Positions 10,253-19,326 of a DNA stretch of 63,018 nucleotides are shown in pieces. The notes below the pieces were generated by a model that saw nothing but the letters and a program-made list of their open reading frames with translations, was not told the origin of the DNA and did not search any database. The stretch covers positions 1-63,018 of the IMG/VR virus record IMGVR_UViG_3300009119_000001; one strand, 5' to 3'. The stretch is from an uncultured virus (IMG/VR IMGVR_UViG_3300009119_000001). Taxonomy: Duplodnaviria > Heunggongvirae > Uroviricota > Caudoviricetes. The position numbers and the translations under genes are program-made. The stretch's first letter is position 1. Every line of letters begins with the position of its first letter.

Positions 10253-10435
10253 TTAACCTTTCTTCTGCGCAGCGATTTTAGCTAGGCCTCGACCCATTGC
10301 TTTCATATCTGCATTAGTTTTACCACCACGACTACCTGCGTGCTTAGGGCCTTTTTCAATACCTAAGTGCTCGCCGTCTGCCTTGACAGTTGCTTTGGAT
10401 TTACCACGTTTTTCAATACCGTTACCTTTAGCCAT
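10253..10435 (-). CDS. small basic Lys/Gly-rich protein
   Basis: RBS GGAG; 60 aa; KGNGIEKRGKSK motif shared with neighbours. Confidence 0.7.
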   Translation of the reverse strand: MAKGNGIEKRGKSKATVKADGEHLGIEKGPKHAGSRGGKTNADMKAMGRGLAKIAAQKKG

Positions 10436-10445
10436 TTTAATACTC

Positions 10446-10817
10446 CTATACTGTTACTGTTACGGTACCAACGGCACCGGTTGCTACTAAGTTGTTTGGG
10501 ATTGGCAACCCTAGCGGATTGTTTAGTCCTACAGGGTTAAACCCCCATTGTGTTATTCTACTGCCCCCATCTCCGCCTACACCTGACTCATAGTACCCAA
10601 GTTCTGGTCTAGGCTCACGTAACGCCTGTGGGTCATTAACAGGATACATACCTAATTGCAACTGCGGCTGATCAGGTTCCCAACAGTCTGGACATACCAA
10701 TATGTTAACATTCTTGGTTTTAATTACCAGCTTTTTTAACTGTTTCAGTTTAAATCTAAATCCGCATCTATCACACGATGCGATAGCATTCTTACCACTA
10801 GCATACTTTGAGCCCAT
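10446..10817 (-). CDS. zinc-finger (CxxC..CxxC) late protein
   Basis: CDRCGF...VCPDCWE..PQL motif. Confidence 0.7.
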   Translation of the reverse strand: MGSKYASGKNAIASCDRCGFRFKLKQLKKLVIKTKNVNILVCPDCWEPDQPQLQLGMYPVNDPQALREPRPELGYYESGVGGDGGSRITQWGFNPVGLNNPLGLPIPNNLVATGAVGTVTVTV

Positions 10818-10828
10818 TATCTAATCTC

Positions 10829-11542
10829 CTAGTAGAACTGCTGCCTTGGGGCTAGCCGGAGCGCAGCCTTTTCACGGTCCTCATCTGCTGCAAGCTGGTA
10901 CGTTTGTTCGTAGTCCGCTTTTAACATCTGAATGCGTGGCATAGCTTCAGGAATCTTTATGCTTAAGTAATACGCCAATCCTGCAACAAGTGCTGGTAAG
11001 AAGCGAAATGGTATGTCTTGTGTCGCTGTACCGCCCGCGCCGGCGTCTTGTATTCTACGTAGCCTATAGGCTACAAATATGTATGGGGTTGACCCATCCG
11101 GCGTTGGCCAGACGTTGATCTGAGGATACCTAACTCCATCTACCGGGTAGTCTGCGCCTGATTGACGGTTAATCCATACTTGAATCGGGCGACCCTGTGC
11201 ATTCTTGTTTGGGATTGTGATGTATGTTGACTCACTGATGCGGGTAATGTTAATGTCCAGTTGGTTTTGACCTGTACCGGTACGCACTACGTGATCTAAT
11301 AAGTCTATGGTATCTGCAGGAAGGTCATATACTGCTTGGCCTTGCACTAATGGGATTGTTAGCTGTTCTAAGGTCCACAGATTAATACCTCGGTTTGCCC
11401 ACTCTATCGTCAATAGATTTAAAGAACGTCTGGCAGTACGCAAGTCATAGCCTGTACGAAGCTCGGCGCCACAGCGCTCAAATGCTTCTTCCACTAACTC
11501 ATTTAAATTTAAATTAAACCCTACGGTTCCGCTAGTTGTCAT
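10829..11542 (-). CDS. head-tail connector / tail tubular A-like protein
   Basis: EEAFERCG..GYDLRTARRSLNLL..EWANRG, VWPTPD, IPFRFLPALVAGLAYY. Confidence 0.6.
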   Translation of the reverse strand: MTTSGTVGFNLNLNELVEEAFERCGAELRTGYDLRTARRSLNLLTIEWANRGINLWTLEQLTIPLVQGQAVYDLPADTIDLLDHVVRTGTGQNQLDINITRISESTYITIPNKNAQGRPIQVWINRQSGADYPVDGVRYPQINVWPTPDGSTPYIFVAYRLRRIQDAGAGGTATQDIPFRFLPALVAGLAYYLSIKIPEAMPRIQMLKADYEQTYQLAADEDREKAALRLAPRQQFY

Positions 11543-11790
11543 TTAATTTTCCTAAAAGGTTTTACCTTTTCCTTAATCTTATCGGGTTGAGCTACAAACT
11601 GCTTCCCTGCAGCTTTCCCTTTGCGTTTTGCCCGGGTCGTTGCAGAGTACTCTTTATCACTTAGCGATTCTATTGCCTTTTTAGGCAAGTACCGCTCCCC
11701 AGTTTCAGATGATTTTTTACCTGACTTCGTAGTCCATTCTTGTTTCGTCCAAGCTTTTAAGGACTTCTGAGGTTTAGCTAACCCATTCAT
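11539..11790 (-). CDS. small basic protein (DUF5872-like)
   Basis: SLKAWTKQEW.TKSGK.S.ETGERYLP motif. Confidence 0.6.
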   Translation of the reverse strand: MNGLAKPQKSLKAWTKQEWTTKSGKKSSETGERYLPKKAIESLSDKEYSATTRAKRKGKAAGKQFVAQPDKIKEKVKPFRKIK

Positions 11791-12068
11791 TTGTATCCAC
11801 CACCAGCTGCTTTATATTTCTTTGCAACCAATTGTGCTTTTCTGGCAGACCACTGGCCTGCACCAGTGCCGTGTGTTGCTGCGGACTTAACCTGCGATAC
11901 TATGCGCTTTCTAAGCTCAGGTTTTGTATAGTTGCCCGCAGCATTAACTTTGCCGCCTTCGGCGTATAGGTCTACTTTATTTGGATTATCCTTACGGGTA
12001 ATCTTCTTCGGTAGTTTCTTCCCAAACTTTTCAGGGTTTGTAATCCCCATACCCCTAGATGCACGCAT
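11787..12068 (-). CDS. small basic protein (DUF5872-like N-terminal part)
   Basis: Start MRASRGMG; YAEGGKV, YTKPELRKRI and GQWSARKAQL motifs. Confidence 0.6.
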   Translation of the reverse strand: MRASRGMGITNPEKFGKKLPKKITRKDNPNKVDLYAEGGKVNAAGNYTKPELRKRIVSQVKSAATHGTGAGQWSARKAQLVAKKYKAAGGGYK

Positions 12069-12069
12069 A

Positions 12070-12297
12070 TTACACCATCCTGCCTTTAGTTTTGCCACGT
12101 ACCTCGATACCGCCCCCACGGGCCATACATTTGACTTTACCACCTTTGGCTTTTTTCACAAGTGGGCCACCGGCTTTGTCATAATCTTTTTCTGCTTTCT
12201 TTGCTGCAGCTTCTTTCTCGTAGTCGCCCATAGTTTTGGTTGAAGCTTCACGAAATTTCTTATCGTTTTCAACGATTGTTTTGTATGTACCAGCCAT
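12070..12297 (-). CDS. small basic protein ending GGGIEVRGKTKGRMV
   Basis: Start MAGTYK immediately after the upstream stop (TAATATG). Confidence 0.65.
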   Translation of the reverse strand: MAGTYKTIVENDKKFREASTKTMGDYEKEAAAKKAEKDYDKAGGPLVKKAKGGKVKCMARGGGIEVRGKTKGRMV

Positions 12298-12298
12298 A

Positions 12299-12745
12299 TT
12301 ACACCATCCTGCCTTTAGTTTTACCACGGACTTCAATACCGCCACCTTTGGCGTATTTCTTCATACTGCATGATCCACCTTTTTTCAAACCGAGTGGACC
12401 CATATCTTTACCTTCAGGCATAGCTTTGTCTGATTTTCCTACTTTTCCTACTTTACCACCTTCGGCATACTTAGCAACTTTACCACCACATTTAAGGGTT
12501 GACAGATTTGATTTCTTGCCGCCGTGAAGTTGTTTCTCGTGCATGCCAACAGCTTTTTTAGCCATAGCTTTATCTTGTTTGATGTCGTCTTTCATAGTAT
12601 CACCGCCTTCTTTAAATTTTCTGCCTTTGTCGGCCATGTTAAATTCTTTAGCAACCTTTGTAGGGATGCCTACTTTTTTAGCGAACGCGGGATTATGCGA
12701 CGCTGCAGCCATCAGCCGAGCTTGGGCTTTAGACTTACTTGGCAT
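12299..12745 (-). CDS. basic protein with multiple xxGG repeats, ending GGGIEVRGKTKGRMV
   Basis: Start MPSKSKAQARLMAAASHNPAFAKKVGIP. Confidence 0.7.
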   Translation of the reverse strand: MPSKSKAQARLMAAASHNPAFAKKVGIPTKVAKEFNMADKGRKFKEGGDTMKDDIKQDKAMAKKAVGMHEKQLHGGKKSNLSTLKCGGKVAKYAEGGKVGKVGKSDKAMPEGKDMGPLGLKKGGSCSMKKYAKGGGIEVRGKTKGRMV

Positions 12746-12830
12746 CTTTCTTCGCCTTTGGTTTATCGTCCTGCTTTGGTTCTGGAGCCTGTACGGGTTT
12801 ATTGCCGTGACCGTTTTCATTAATAATCAT
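12735..12830 (-). CDS. 31-aa hypothetical protein
   Basis: Absent from the ORF track. MIINENGHGNKPVQAPEPKQDDKPKAKKDAK; upstream AGGA; overlaps the next start. Confidence 0.5.
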   Translation of the reverse strand: MIINENGHGNKPVQAPEPKQDDKPKAKKDAK

Positions 12831-12840
12831 GTTTATTGTC

Positions 12841-13098
12841 CTATTGCTTGTGTTGAAAATATGTGTGGAATACGTCAATTAACCAAATGCCTAACCATCC
12901 CAGTGCAGCAATCATTAAGCCTGTCAAAGTTTTTTCAATTACTGCTTTTCTAAAGGCAGCACGTTCAACTTCTGCTTGTATTGCCAACCTAACCCATTGA
13001 ATTTCTTCTGCAGATAACGGATGAACTGCAACGGAGCTACTAACAGCCTCTTTAACTAAATCGAGCAATTCATCTTTGGTCATAGTATCTAAACTCAT
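12841..13098 (-). CDS. single-TM membrane protein
   Basis: C-terminal hydrophobic helix LTGLMIAALGWLGIWLI. Confidence 0.65.
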   Translation of the reverse strand: MSLDTMTKDELLDLVKEAVSSSVAVHPLSAEEIQWVRLAIQAEVERAAFRKAVIEKTLTGLMIAALGWLGIWLIDVFHTYFQHKQ

Positions 13099-13099
13099 T

Positions 13100-13354
13100 T
13101 TAGCACTTCCATCTTTTTAACGATGCTGCTTTACGTGTTGGACGACCTTTTTCGTCTTTCATTGGCCCCGGCATCCCGCTCATACGTGCGCAGAACGACT
13201 TCTTCCGTGGGCCGCCTTCTGGTTGCGGGGCTTTTAAGTTTGACCCTGTTGCTTTATTGTATTTTGCACGGCCTTTAGCTGTAAGTCCAGCCCCTTTTGA
13301 GACCGGTAACTTTTCACCTCTGCCTACTGCTAATGATGGGTTTTTCTTTGCCAT
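13100..13354 (-). CDS. small basic protein (DUF6321-like)
   Basis: GLTAKGRAKYN..GSNLKAP..RKKSFCARMSG..SLKRWKC. Confidence 0.65.
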   Translation of the reverse strand: MAKKNPSLAVGRGEKLPVSKGAGLTAKGRAKYNKATGSNLKAPQPEGGPRKKSFCARMSGMPGPMKDEKGRPTRKAASLKRWKC

Positions 13355-13363
13355 ACTTAGTCC

Positions 13364-13669
13364 TTAAGCATCTACGTTTTCTGGGGTTTCCGGTTCAGGT
13401 GCAATAACTATCTGTAATCCTAGATAATCCAAAGCCGCCTGCCAGTCATCTCCAAAAGAAATTTGATAGGGCCATGTGAATGCGCCTTCGCCTATATTAC
13501 AAATACGGTCTAACTCCTCATTAAAAAACCAGCCAGATGACATCCAGTTAGTAGCTGGAAGCTCCCCGGTACTTGATAAAGGTACGTTAAAGAGCCCATC
13601 ACCCATATCAGATTGCGCTTGTTGTTTATTTGCGTCCGTAATAATTACTGTTGCGTATGTGCTATTCAT
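13364..13669 (-). CDS. tail fibre accessory/chaperone-like protein
   Basis: LSSTGELPATNW.SSG motif, directly after the long fibre gene. Confidence 0.5.
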   Translation of the reverse strand: MNSTYATVIITDANKQQAQSDMGDGLFNVPLSSTGELPATNWMSSGWFFNEELDRICNIGEGAFTWPYQISFGDDWQAALDYLGLQIVIAPEPETPENVDA

Positions 13670-13670
13670 A

Positions 13671-16600
13671 TCAATATGCCTTAGTTATAGAATTTACATA
13701 GGTCTCTGTATCAGCCATTTGTGTATTAGTTAGGGGTATGCCACTAGACGACGCTACTCGTACAATTAAAGAATAAACACGCCCTTGGAAATATACAGAA
13801 CCTAACCTGCCAAAATAAAATTGACTATCTGCTCTATAGTTTCCTGTACCTTGGTCTGTATTAATTGTTTGAATATCAGTTCCATCGACTTTTAATGTTG
13901 CTATATCCTCTGAAATACTACCTATACCGGTTAAAACATCTGTACTAGGTACTGCTGTAAAAGTTCCAGTACCCGCATTAGCAGCTATAGTCCCTTGATT
14001 AGTAAACCTATAAGATGCTGTTGAAAATGAAGCATATAAAACAAAATATCCTGAACTTGCTGTCGATGCCGCACTGCATACAACTACGCTATTAAAACCA
14101 TCTCTATATTTACGTTGCCCTGCCCAAACGGTAACAGCATTAGATCCTACAGTTTGGTAAGCGGTGGATGATGAACCTACTTCTAACTGAGCGTCGGAGA
14201 TATAAACCCCAGATGTGCCATCGCCTGCATATCCTACCGTGCTTGTACCAGTTACTAAAGATAGTGAAGATACAAAAGTGTTAGGAGTCGCTGTAATAGT
14301 TATTGTTACTCTATAAAAATCATTTGAAGCTGGGGCGATGCTAGCCGTAGCTCCTGTATGTCCACCATATTGAGTAATTGCCGATAACGTGCCATTAGAT
14401 AAATCAGCTATAACAGAAGCTCCATAAGCAAATCCTCCTGTAGCTAATCCAACTCTTACTTTTGACCTAGTATCAGCTTTAACATAAATTGAATTTGAAT
14501 ACCCTGTTGCTGATAGAAGTGTTGATGAATAAATTAAATGCTCTGTATTAGCGGTGTCTTCAATTAATTTCTGAGCAGATATTGCACCATTGTAATTAGG
14601 GTATGCCACTGCCACTGCTATCCCATCAGTTTTACAATAGTCCCCAGCTACTGCCCCTTGTACTAATTGAGCGCCTCCGATGTATATTCCAGATGAGCCA
14701 TTGCCTGCAAATGAAGCAACATTATTAGCCGAACAAGCAAAGATAGCTGAATATGAACTGACTGTTCCAGTAGACGTTTTTGTGATAGAGCAGCGATACC
14801 AACCATCCCCTATTGATGTGATACTTGCAGTTGGGGCGTTTACAAGAGTTCCAACTACCCCGTTTTCCAAATCAAAATAGGCACTAGAAATAAGAGATGT
14901 ACCTCCGAGCTCAATAGCACACCAATTATACTCGCCTTTTTTTACGTAGTACGATGTGGTATACGTTACGCCGCTGCTAGGGGTAAACGTTTGGGTTGCA
15001 CTATGTACCCCATTAGTTGTAGTTGCAACTAATTTTTGGGCAGTAATTTCTTCATTGTAGACAGGATAGAATACAGGCATGGCTGTTGCTTCAGTCATAC
15101 GATAGTCCCCTGCTACTGAGCCTTGTACTAACTGTGCGCCCCAGATGTAAACACTTGACCCTGCTGCTGATGCGCCCAACCTACCAGAAGTTATTGTATC
15201 TACCAAAGCAATAAGTGTGGTGTTTTGCCCAGCAGCGATAGTTCCTGTAGCAATCCCGGTAACAATGCACCTCCACCACCCATTTCCTGCATTTTCAATT
15301 GTGCTAGATATTGTACTTGTTCCTGTACTTCCTAATGTCCCATTTGCTACATTAAAATTAGCCCAAATATTTGTACCATCAAATGTACTAGTAAAAGAAA
15401 GTTGAACAATTTCAGATGTGTTTTGTTTTACATATGCACTGAATGTATACGTAAGCCCAGTAGTAACCCCACCTGCCTTCCCAATTAGAGCTTGGCTTGT
15501 TCCCCCTGCTGATGTGATTGAACCTGCGGTTTGGAACGTATTAGGAGCAGTACCCACATTAGCCGCTGGAATAATTCCCCCTAAAACTGCCCATCCAGCT
15601 GTTGTTGTGTAAGCTTCTGAATATAGTTGTAAGTTGGTCTGCACAAAGCTATTAGTTTTTGCCCACGTAGCTGTTTCAAAGGCTTCACTTTGTAAGAGCA
15701 AATTAGTCTGTATGACGCTATTAGTTTTTGTCCACGCGGCGTTACCAAACTCCGCAGGTAATGTAAGTAAGTTTCTTACAGCCAGCCCATCACTTGTATT
15801 AGTGTTTAAATTTAAGCTAGGCTGCCCAATTAAGTGATCATCAACACCATCGTATAATAAGTATGGTGGGAAGTTAGTGGTGTCATAATCAGTAGCAGCA
15901 TTCACCCATTGGTAGTTAGGTAAACCTACACCATCATTTTCTGGAACTACTTGAATACCCCAAACATCTGCTGATACAGCAGCTTGATTTGCACCACCAT
16001 ATGTTGAGCCAAGCGTACCAAAAGTAAATGACTTACCTGCCCCAGATGCCATTGATAGAGTTTTAGTAACTCGTTGCCAGTCTGCTGTTAGTGTTACTGT
16101 TACAACATCTTTTAAAACGCCATCTGTTACATAAAAATATAACAACTTTCCTACATCTGCTGGTGTTGTAGCTTTTACATAAATAGAGCGAGTATAGTTT
16201 TGAGTTGCTGGTAAAGTTAAAACTTGACTAACTATAGAAAAATCATCTGCTGCATCTATTGCACCAAAAACAATAGTGTCTGCTGTCTGAGAACCATTAG
16301 GAGCTAAAACCGTATTAGCAGTAACTACTACGTCTGTTGATGTTCCATTAACTTTTAACCATACAGGATTATCAAACTGTTCTGTATAAGTAAGTAAATT
16401 ATACCTCGCACTTAATGTCGGGCGAGATGCCCCCACAATTTGATACCCATCATTACCAGTAACCTCCTGCATATACACATTGTCTAGCGTTCCGGCAAAA
16501 GTTGCATCAGCAGCAAACTCAAGTAAATTATTCCCTGTTAAAGCAGTAAGATGTTCTACATAAGTACCTGAGATATTTTTTGCTGGACCCGGTAAAAGAG

Positions 16601-17969
16601 TTCCACCACTAAATCTTGGAGATATTGATCCTGCTGTACGAGTAATAGTATAAACAATACGGTATGTTCTACCTGCACGTAAAGGGACTGATTGAGTTAT
16701 TGAAGAAGCTGTACCAGCAGTTTTTGTAGCAACACCAGAGCCAATTACCCATCCTGTATTAACTGACCATGATGAGCCGGCTACAGATGCAAATGTTGGA
16801 TTCATTACAATATTAACGCTGGCATTAGATTCTTTTATAGAGAACCCAGTATATATAACAGGATTTACTACTGTTCTAAATGAAATAAAAGTTGTTGTTG
16901 TAGTTGCTACAAATACAAAAGAATAAGGGGCTTGTATTGGAGAGCCTCTACCAATGTATAAAGAATTACCTATTGATGTTCCAACGGCAAAATTAGATTG
17001 TGCTGCATTAGATCCTGGAGTAAATGAGCAAATATATCGTTTACCTATTTCAGTAGGAATAGATTGATATGCCCAAAGATTAGACCCTGAAACCTGTAAG
17101 CCAGTAGCTGTCCATGTAAGTGTGCCACCAGCTTGAACGGACCAGCCATCTGTGTTTACAGGGAAGTTACCGTTAACGACCTGTTCAGGCCCAAAGTATA
17201 TTTCCCCTTTACGGGTGTCTAATGTTAACGCCACAGGCTGTTCTACCCCTGTAACCGGAATTGTTGCCGATACGTCTTGGAACATTGTGGCATTAGCTAT
17301 ACTGGTTACTTCTTTAACAGAAATGTTATCCCACTCCGCCCAAGCATTAGCATTATTTTCGTATGCGCCAAGGTTAATATATACTGTTGTACTTGGAGCT
17401 ATAAATGTAGCAGTTGATGTCACTTGGTTTGCTAAAATATTTGTAGCTAATCCAGCATCATTAGGTGCTGTTCCTACATGCCATTTTGCTACTGTATTGG
17501 GAATTGATTGCCCCAGTCTGGTAACAGTTACTAAATACGTTTTACCAACAACACAAGAGATTGCTTGAGATCCAAGACCAAAATTAACTCCGGTAGCATT
17601 ATTAGTAACTCTAAGCCCCCCACTAGAAACTGAAAGGGTAGCGCCACCAACATTTGAAACCGCAGGAGCAGCAATCCATCCTGTAGTGCCATCACTAAAA
17701 TTACCATTGGTTATTAGTTCAGAACCAAGCCCACCCATGTAAGTATTAATGTTAGAAGGGTTATACCATAGGCCCTGTTCATTATTAGTAAACAATGACA
17801 CTGGTGAATATGGAGTAGGGCCGCCTCTAAAAAACAGATTAACTGCCCCTCGACCGCCTACTCCCAGACCAACTGCCAAAGCCTGTGTTACTGAGGCGCA
17901 AACACCTAGCGCGTACCCAGTTTCAGTATTGTATTGGTTTGCTACTCCACTCCACCCGATTGTTCCCAT
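13671..17969 (-). CDS. receptor-binding tail fibre/spike with LamG-like and carbohydrate-binding-like modules
   Basis: 1432 aa; repeated ELITNGNF..GW and NLLxxSExF..W / GWYRC / GAQL modules; YDGVDD motif. Confidence 0.75.
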   Translation of the reverse strand: MGTIGWSGVANQYNTETGYALGVCASVTQALAVGLGVGGRGAVNLFFRGGPTPYSPVSLFTNNEQGLWYNPSNINTYMGGLGSELITNGNFSDGTTGWIAAPAVSNVGGATLSVSSGGLRVTNNATGVNFGLGSQAISCVVGKTYLVTVTRLGQSIPNTVAKWHVGTAPNDAGLATNILANQVTSTATFIAPSTTVYINLGAYENNANAWAEWDNISVKEVTSIANATMFQDVSATIPVTGVEQPVALTLDTRKGEIYFGPEQVVNGNFPVNTDGWSVQAGGTLTWTATGLQVSGSNLWAYQSIPTEIGKRYICSFTPGSNAAQSNFAVGTSIGNSLYIGRGSPIQAPYSFVFVATTTTTFISFRTVVNPVIYTGFSIKESNASVNIVMNPTFASVAGSSWSVNTGWVIGSGVATKTAGTASSITQSVPLRAGRTYRIVYTITRTAGSISPRFSGGTLLPGPAKNISGTYVEHLTALTGNNLLEFAADATFAGTLDNVYMQEVTGNDGYQIVGASRPTLSARYNLLTYTEQFDNPVWLKVNGTSTDVVVTANTVLAPNGSQTADTIVFGAIDAADDFSIVSQVLTLPATQNYTRSIYVKATTPADVGKLLYFYVTDGVLKDVVTVTLTADWQRVTKTLSMASGAGKSFTFGTLGSTYGGANQAAVSADVWGIQVVPENDGVGLPNYQWVNAATDYDTTNFPPYLLYDGVDDHLIGQPSLNLNTNTSDGLAVRNLLTLPAEFGNAAWTKTNSVIQTNLLLQSEAFETATWAKTNSFVQTNLQLYSEAYTTTAGWAVLGGIIPAANVGTAPNTFQTAGSITSAGGTSQALIGKAGGVTTGLTYTFSAYVKQNTSEIVQLSFTSTFDGTNIWANFNVANGTLGSTGTSTISSTIENAGNGWWRCIVTGIATGTIAAGQNTTLIALVDTITSGRLGASAAGSSVYIWGAQLVQGSVAGDYRMTEATAMPVFYPVYNEEITAQKLVATTTNGVHSATQTFTPSSGVTYTTSYYVKKGEYNWCAIELGGTSLISSAYFDLENGVVGTLVNAPTASITSIGDGWYRCSITKTSTGTVSSYSAIFACSANNVASFAGNGSSGIYIGGAQLVQGAVAGDYCKTDGIAVAVAYPNYNGAISAQKLIEDTANTEHLIYSSTLLSATGYSNSIYVKADTRSKVRVGLATGGFAYGASVIADLSNGTLSAITQYGGHTGATASIAPASNDFYRVTITITATPNTFVSSLSLVTGTSTVGYAGDGTSGVYISDAQLEVGSSSTAYQTVGSNAVTVWAGQRKYRDGFNSVVVCSAASTASSGYFVLYASFSTASYRFTNQGTIAANAGTGTFTAVPSTDVLTGIGSISEDIATLKVDGTDIQTINTDQGTGNYRADSQFYFGRLGSVYFQGRVYSLIVRVASSSGIPLTNTQMADTETYVNSITKAY

Positions 17970-18286
17970 TATTTCCCCGGCATGCCTGCTTGAACGATTG
18001 TTGCGGTTGCTGATCCTGCGCCTGCTGTCACCAGCACTTTTACTGCGCGAACTGGAAAGGCATAGTTACCATCAGCATTAGCTGTCTGCGCGATAAGTGT
18101 TGGATGGTTGAACCATACAGGTGTTACCGCAGCGTTCTGAATGTCATCAAATGTATGTTGGATCGAATACGTCACCGTGCCGGATACAACCACGCCGATA
18201 CCCACATTAAATGGATTCTCGTAGGTATCAAGCGGCGCAGTGCTGGATGATCCAACCCCTGTTTTTGAAATTACTATAGGGCGCAT
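17969..18286 (-). CDS. small virion protein
   Basis: 105 aa, beta-rich, YSIQHTFD motif. Confidence 0.55.
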   Translation of the reverse strand: MRPIVISKTGVGSSSTAPLDTYENPFNVGIGVVVSGTVTYSIQHTFDDIQNAAVTPVWFNHPTLIAQTANADGNYAFPVRAVKVLVTAGAGSATATIVQAGMPGK

Positions 18287-18301
18287 TGAAGTTCCCCTAG
18301 G

Positions 18302-18766
18302 TTATAGTAAGTTTGTGTTTTGTAAGTAACGAACAGTGATTGTTCCTGTACCTGTACCTGTATTGCCCGGAGTAACAGTGAGGCGAACATCAGTTGTACC
18401 TACGTCCACAAATGCATCTGTACGAGTGCCATCAGTACCCGGAGTAACTGAAACGATACCGATTGTGCCCCCTGCTACTGCGTTAGCTGCTGTGAATGCT
18501 GTGGCCAATGCACTTGTACCTACACCGAATGTAGAAACTGCGCCTGTGAATGCCGCGTCAACATAAACTGTAATTTCTACGATTTGACTGTTTGCTGGAA
18601 CAACGATTGGTGTGTTTGCTGAAGTTGCTAAGCCTGCTTGTGTAAAGCGGAAGCTTTGACCCATAACTACTTGACCTACGTTCGTTACGTCGGTACCAAG
18701 AGTGGTACCTGTTGTTTCACGGATGGTGCCTGCGCGAATTGGGCCTGAGAAGGTTGTATTTGCCAT
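18302..18766 (-). CDS. capsid-associated/decoration-like protein
   Basis: MANTTFSGPIRAG start; first structural gene downstream of the capsid gene. Confidence 0.55.
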   Translation of the reverse strand: MANTTFSGPIRAGTIRETTGTTLGTDVTNVGQVVMGQSFRFTQAGLATSANTPIVVPANSQIVEITVYVDAAFTGAVSTFGVGTSALATAFTAANAVAGGTIGIVSVTPGTDGTRTDAFVDVGTTDVRLTVTPGNTGTGTGTITVRYLQNTNLL

Positions 18767-18774
18767 GATTTTTC

Positions 18775-18842
18775 CTTGTGATATAGCACGTTACCCGCTC
18801 AGTCTCTATAACGTCCGGCTAAGCCCGGTCTGGGACGGGGAA
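18775..18842 (-). ncRNA. structured pseudoknot-like leader RNA; candidate Mu-gpT-DE motif
   Basis: CCCG..CAG/CUG..CGGG stem, CCGG/CCGG inner stem, ACGUUA/UAACGU and UAUAG/CUAUA complementarity; lies downstream of a gpT-like gene. Confidence 0.5.
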
Positions 18843-18846
18843 AATA

Positions 18847-18876
18847 TTGCTTAGATGTGCTTCTTTATACTATGAT
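18847..18876 (+). promoter_or_regulatory. possible sigma70 promoter for the HNH gene
   Basis: TTGCTT-N18-TATGAT, overlapping the divergent minus-strand promoter. Confidence 0.4.
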
Positions 18877-18892
18877 ATATTTGGTTTGTCAA
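18864..18892 (-). promoter_or_regulatory. sigma70 promoter for downstream late genes
   Basis: TTGACA-N17-TATAAA on the minus strand. Confidence 0.75.
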
Positions 18893-18912
18893 CGATTTAT
18901 TTAAGGGCAAAT

Positions 18913-19302
18913 ATGGCAACAAAACCAGCTGTGAGGAGTAAGGAAAAACAGAAAGAATATTCAAAAACACATTACTACAAAAACCGAGAAGCAGTTATGG
19001 CAAGAGTGTCTGCCAACAAAAAGAAAGCCCGAGAATTCTGGGAAACATTTAAATCTAGGTTACGCTGTACCCAGTGTGGAGAATCCCACCCGGCTACTCT
19101 TGATTTCCATCACCTAGTGAAAGACCCATCCAACAAAAAGATAAATCATCTGACCTGTAACGGAGCTTATAAACAGGCAATTGAGGAGATACAAACTAAA
19201 TGCATCGTACTGTGTAGTAACTGCCATCGTAAGCACCACCACGAAGAAAGAAAACCCCTCAAGGTTGCGCTTGTCTCAAATGATAGCAGTCCAGAGGCGT
19301 GA
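18913..19302 (+). CDS. HNH endonuclease (free-standing, antisense to the late operon)
   Basis: CTQCGE..LDFHH..KC..LCSNCHRKHH; start MATKP after AAGGG. Confidence 0.85.
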   Translation: MATKPAVRSKEKQKEYSKTHYYKNREAVMARVSANKKKAREFWETFKSRLRCTQCGESHPATLDFHHLVKDPSNKKINHLTCNGAYKQAIEEIQTKCIVLCSNCHRKHHHEERKPLKVALVSNDSSPEA

Positions 19303-19326
19303 GGGGTATATATACAAAGTATATAC

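Noticed and set aside
10107-13354. Stop-codon reassignment to explain the many short ORFs
   Set aside because: Core genes are full length in the standard code, and all three stop codons end genes with tight coupling
13671-17969. Diversity-generating retroelement acting on the tail fibre
   Set aside because: No reverse transcriptase gene and no TR/VR pair with adenine-specific differences seen
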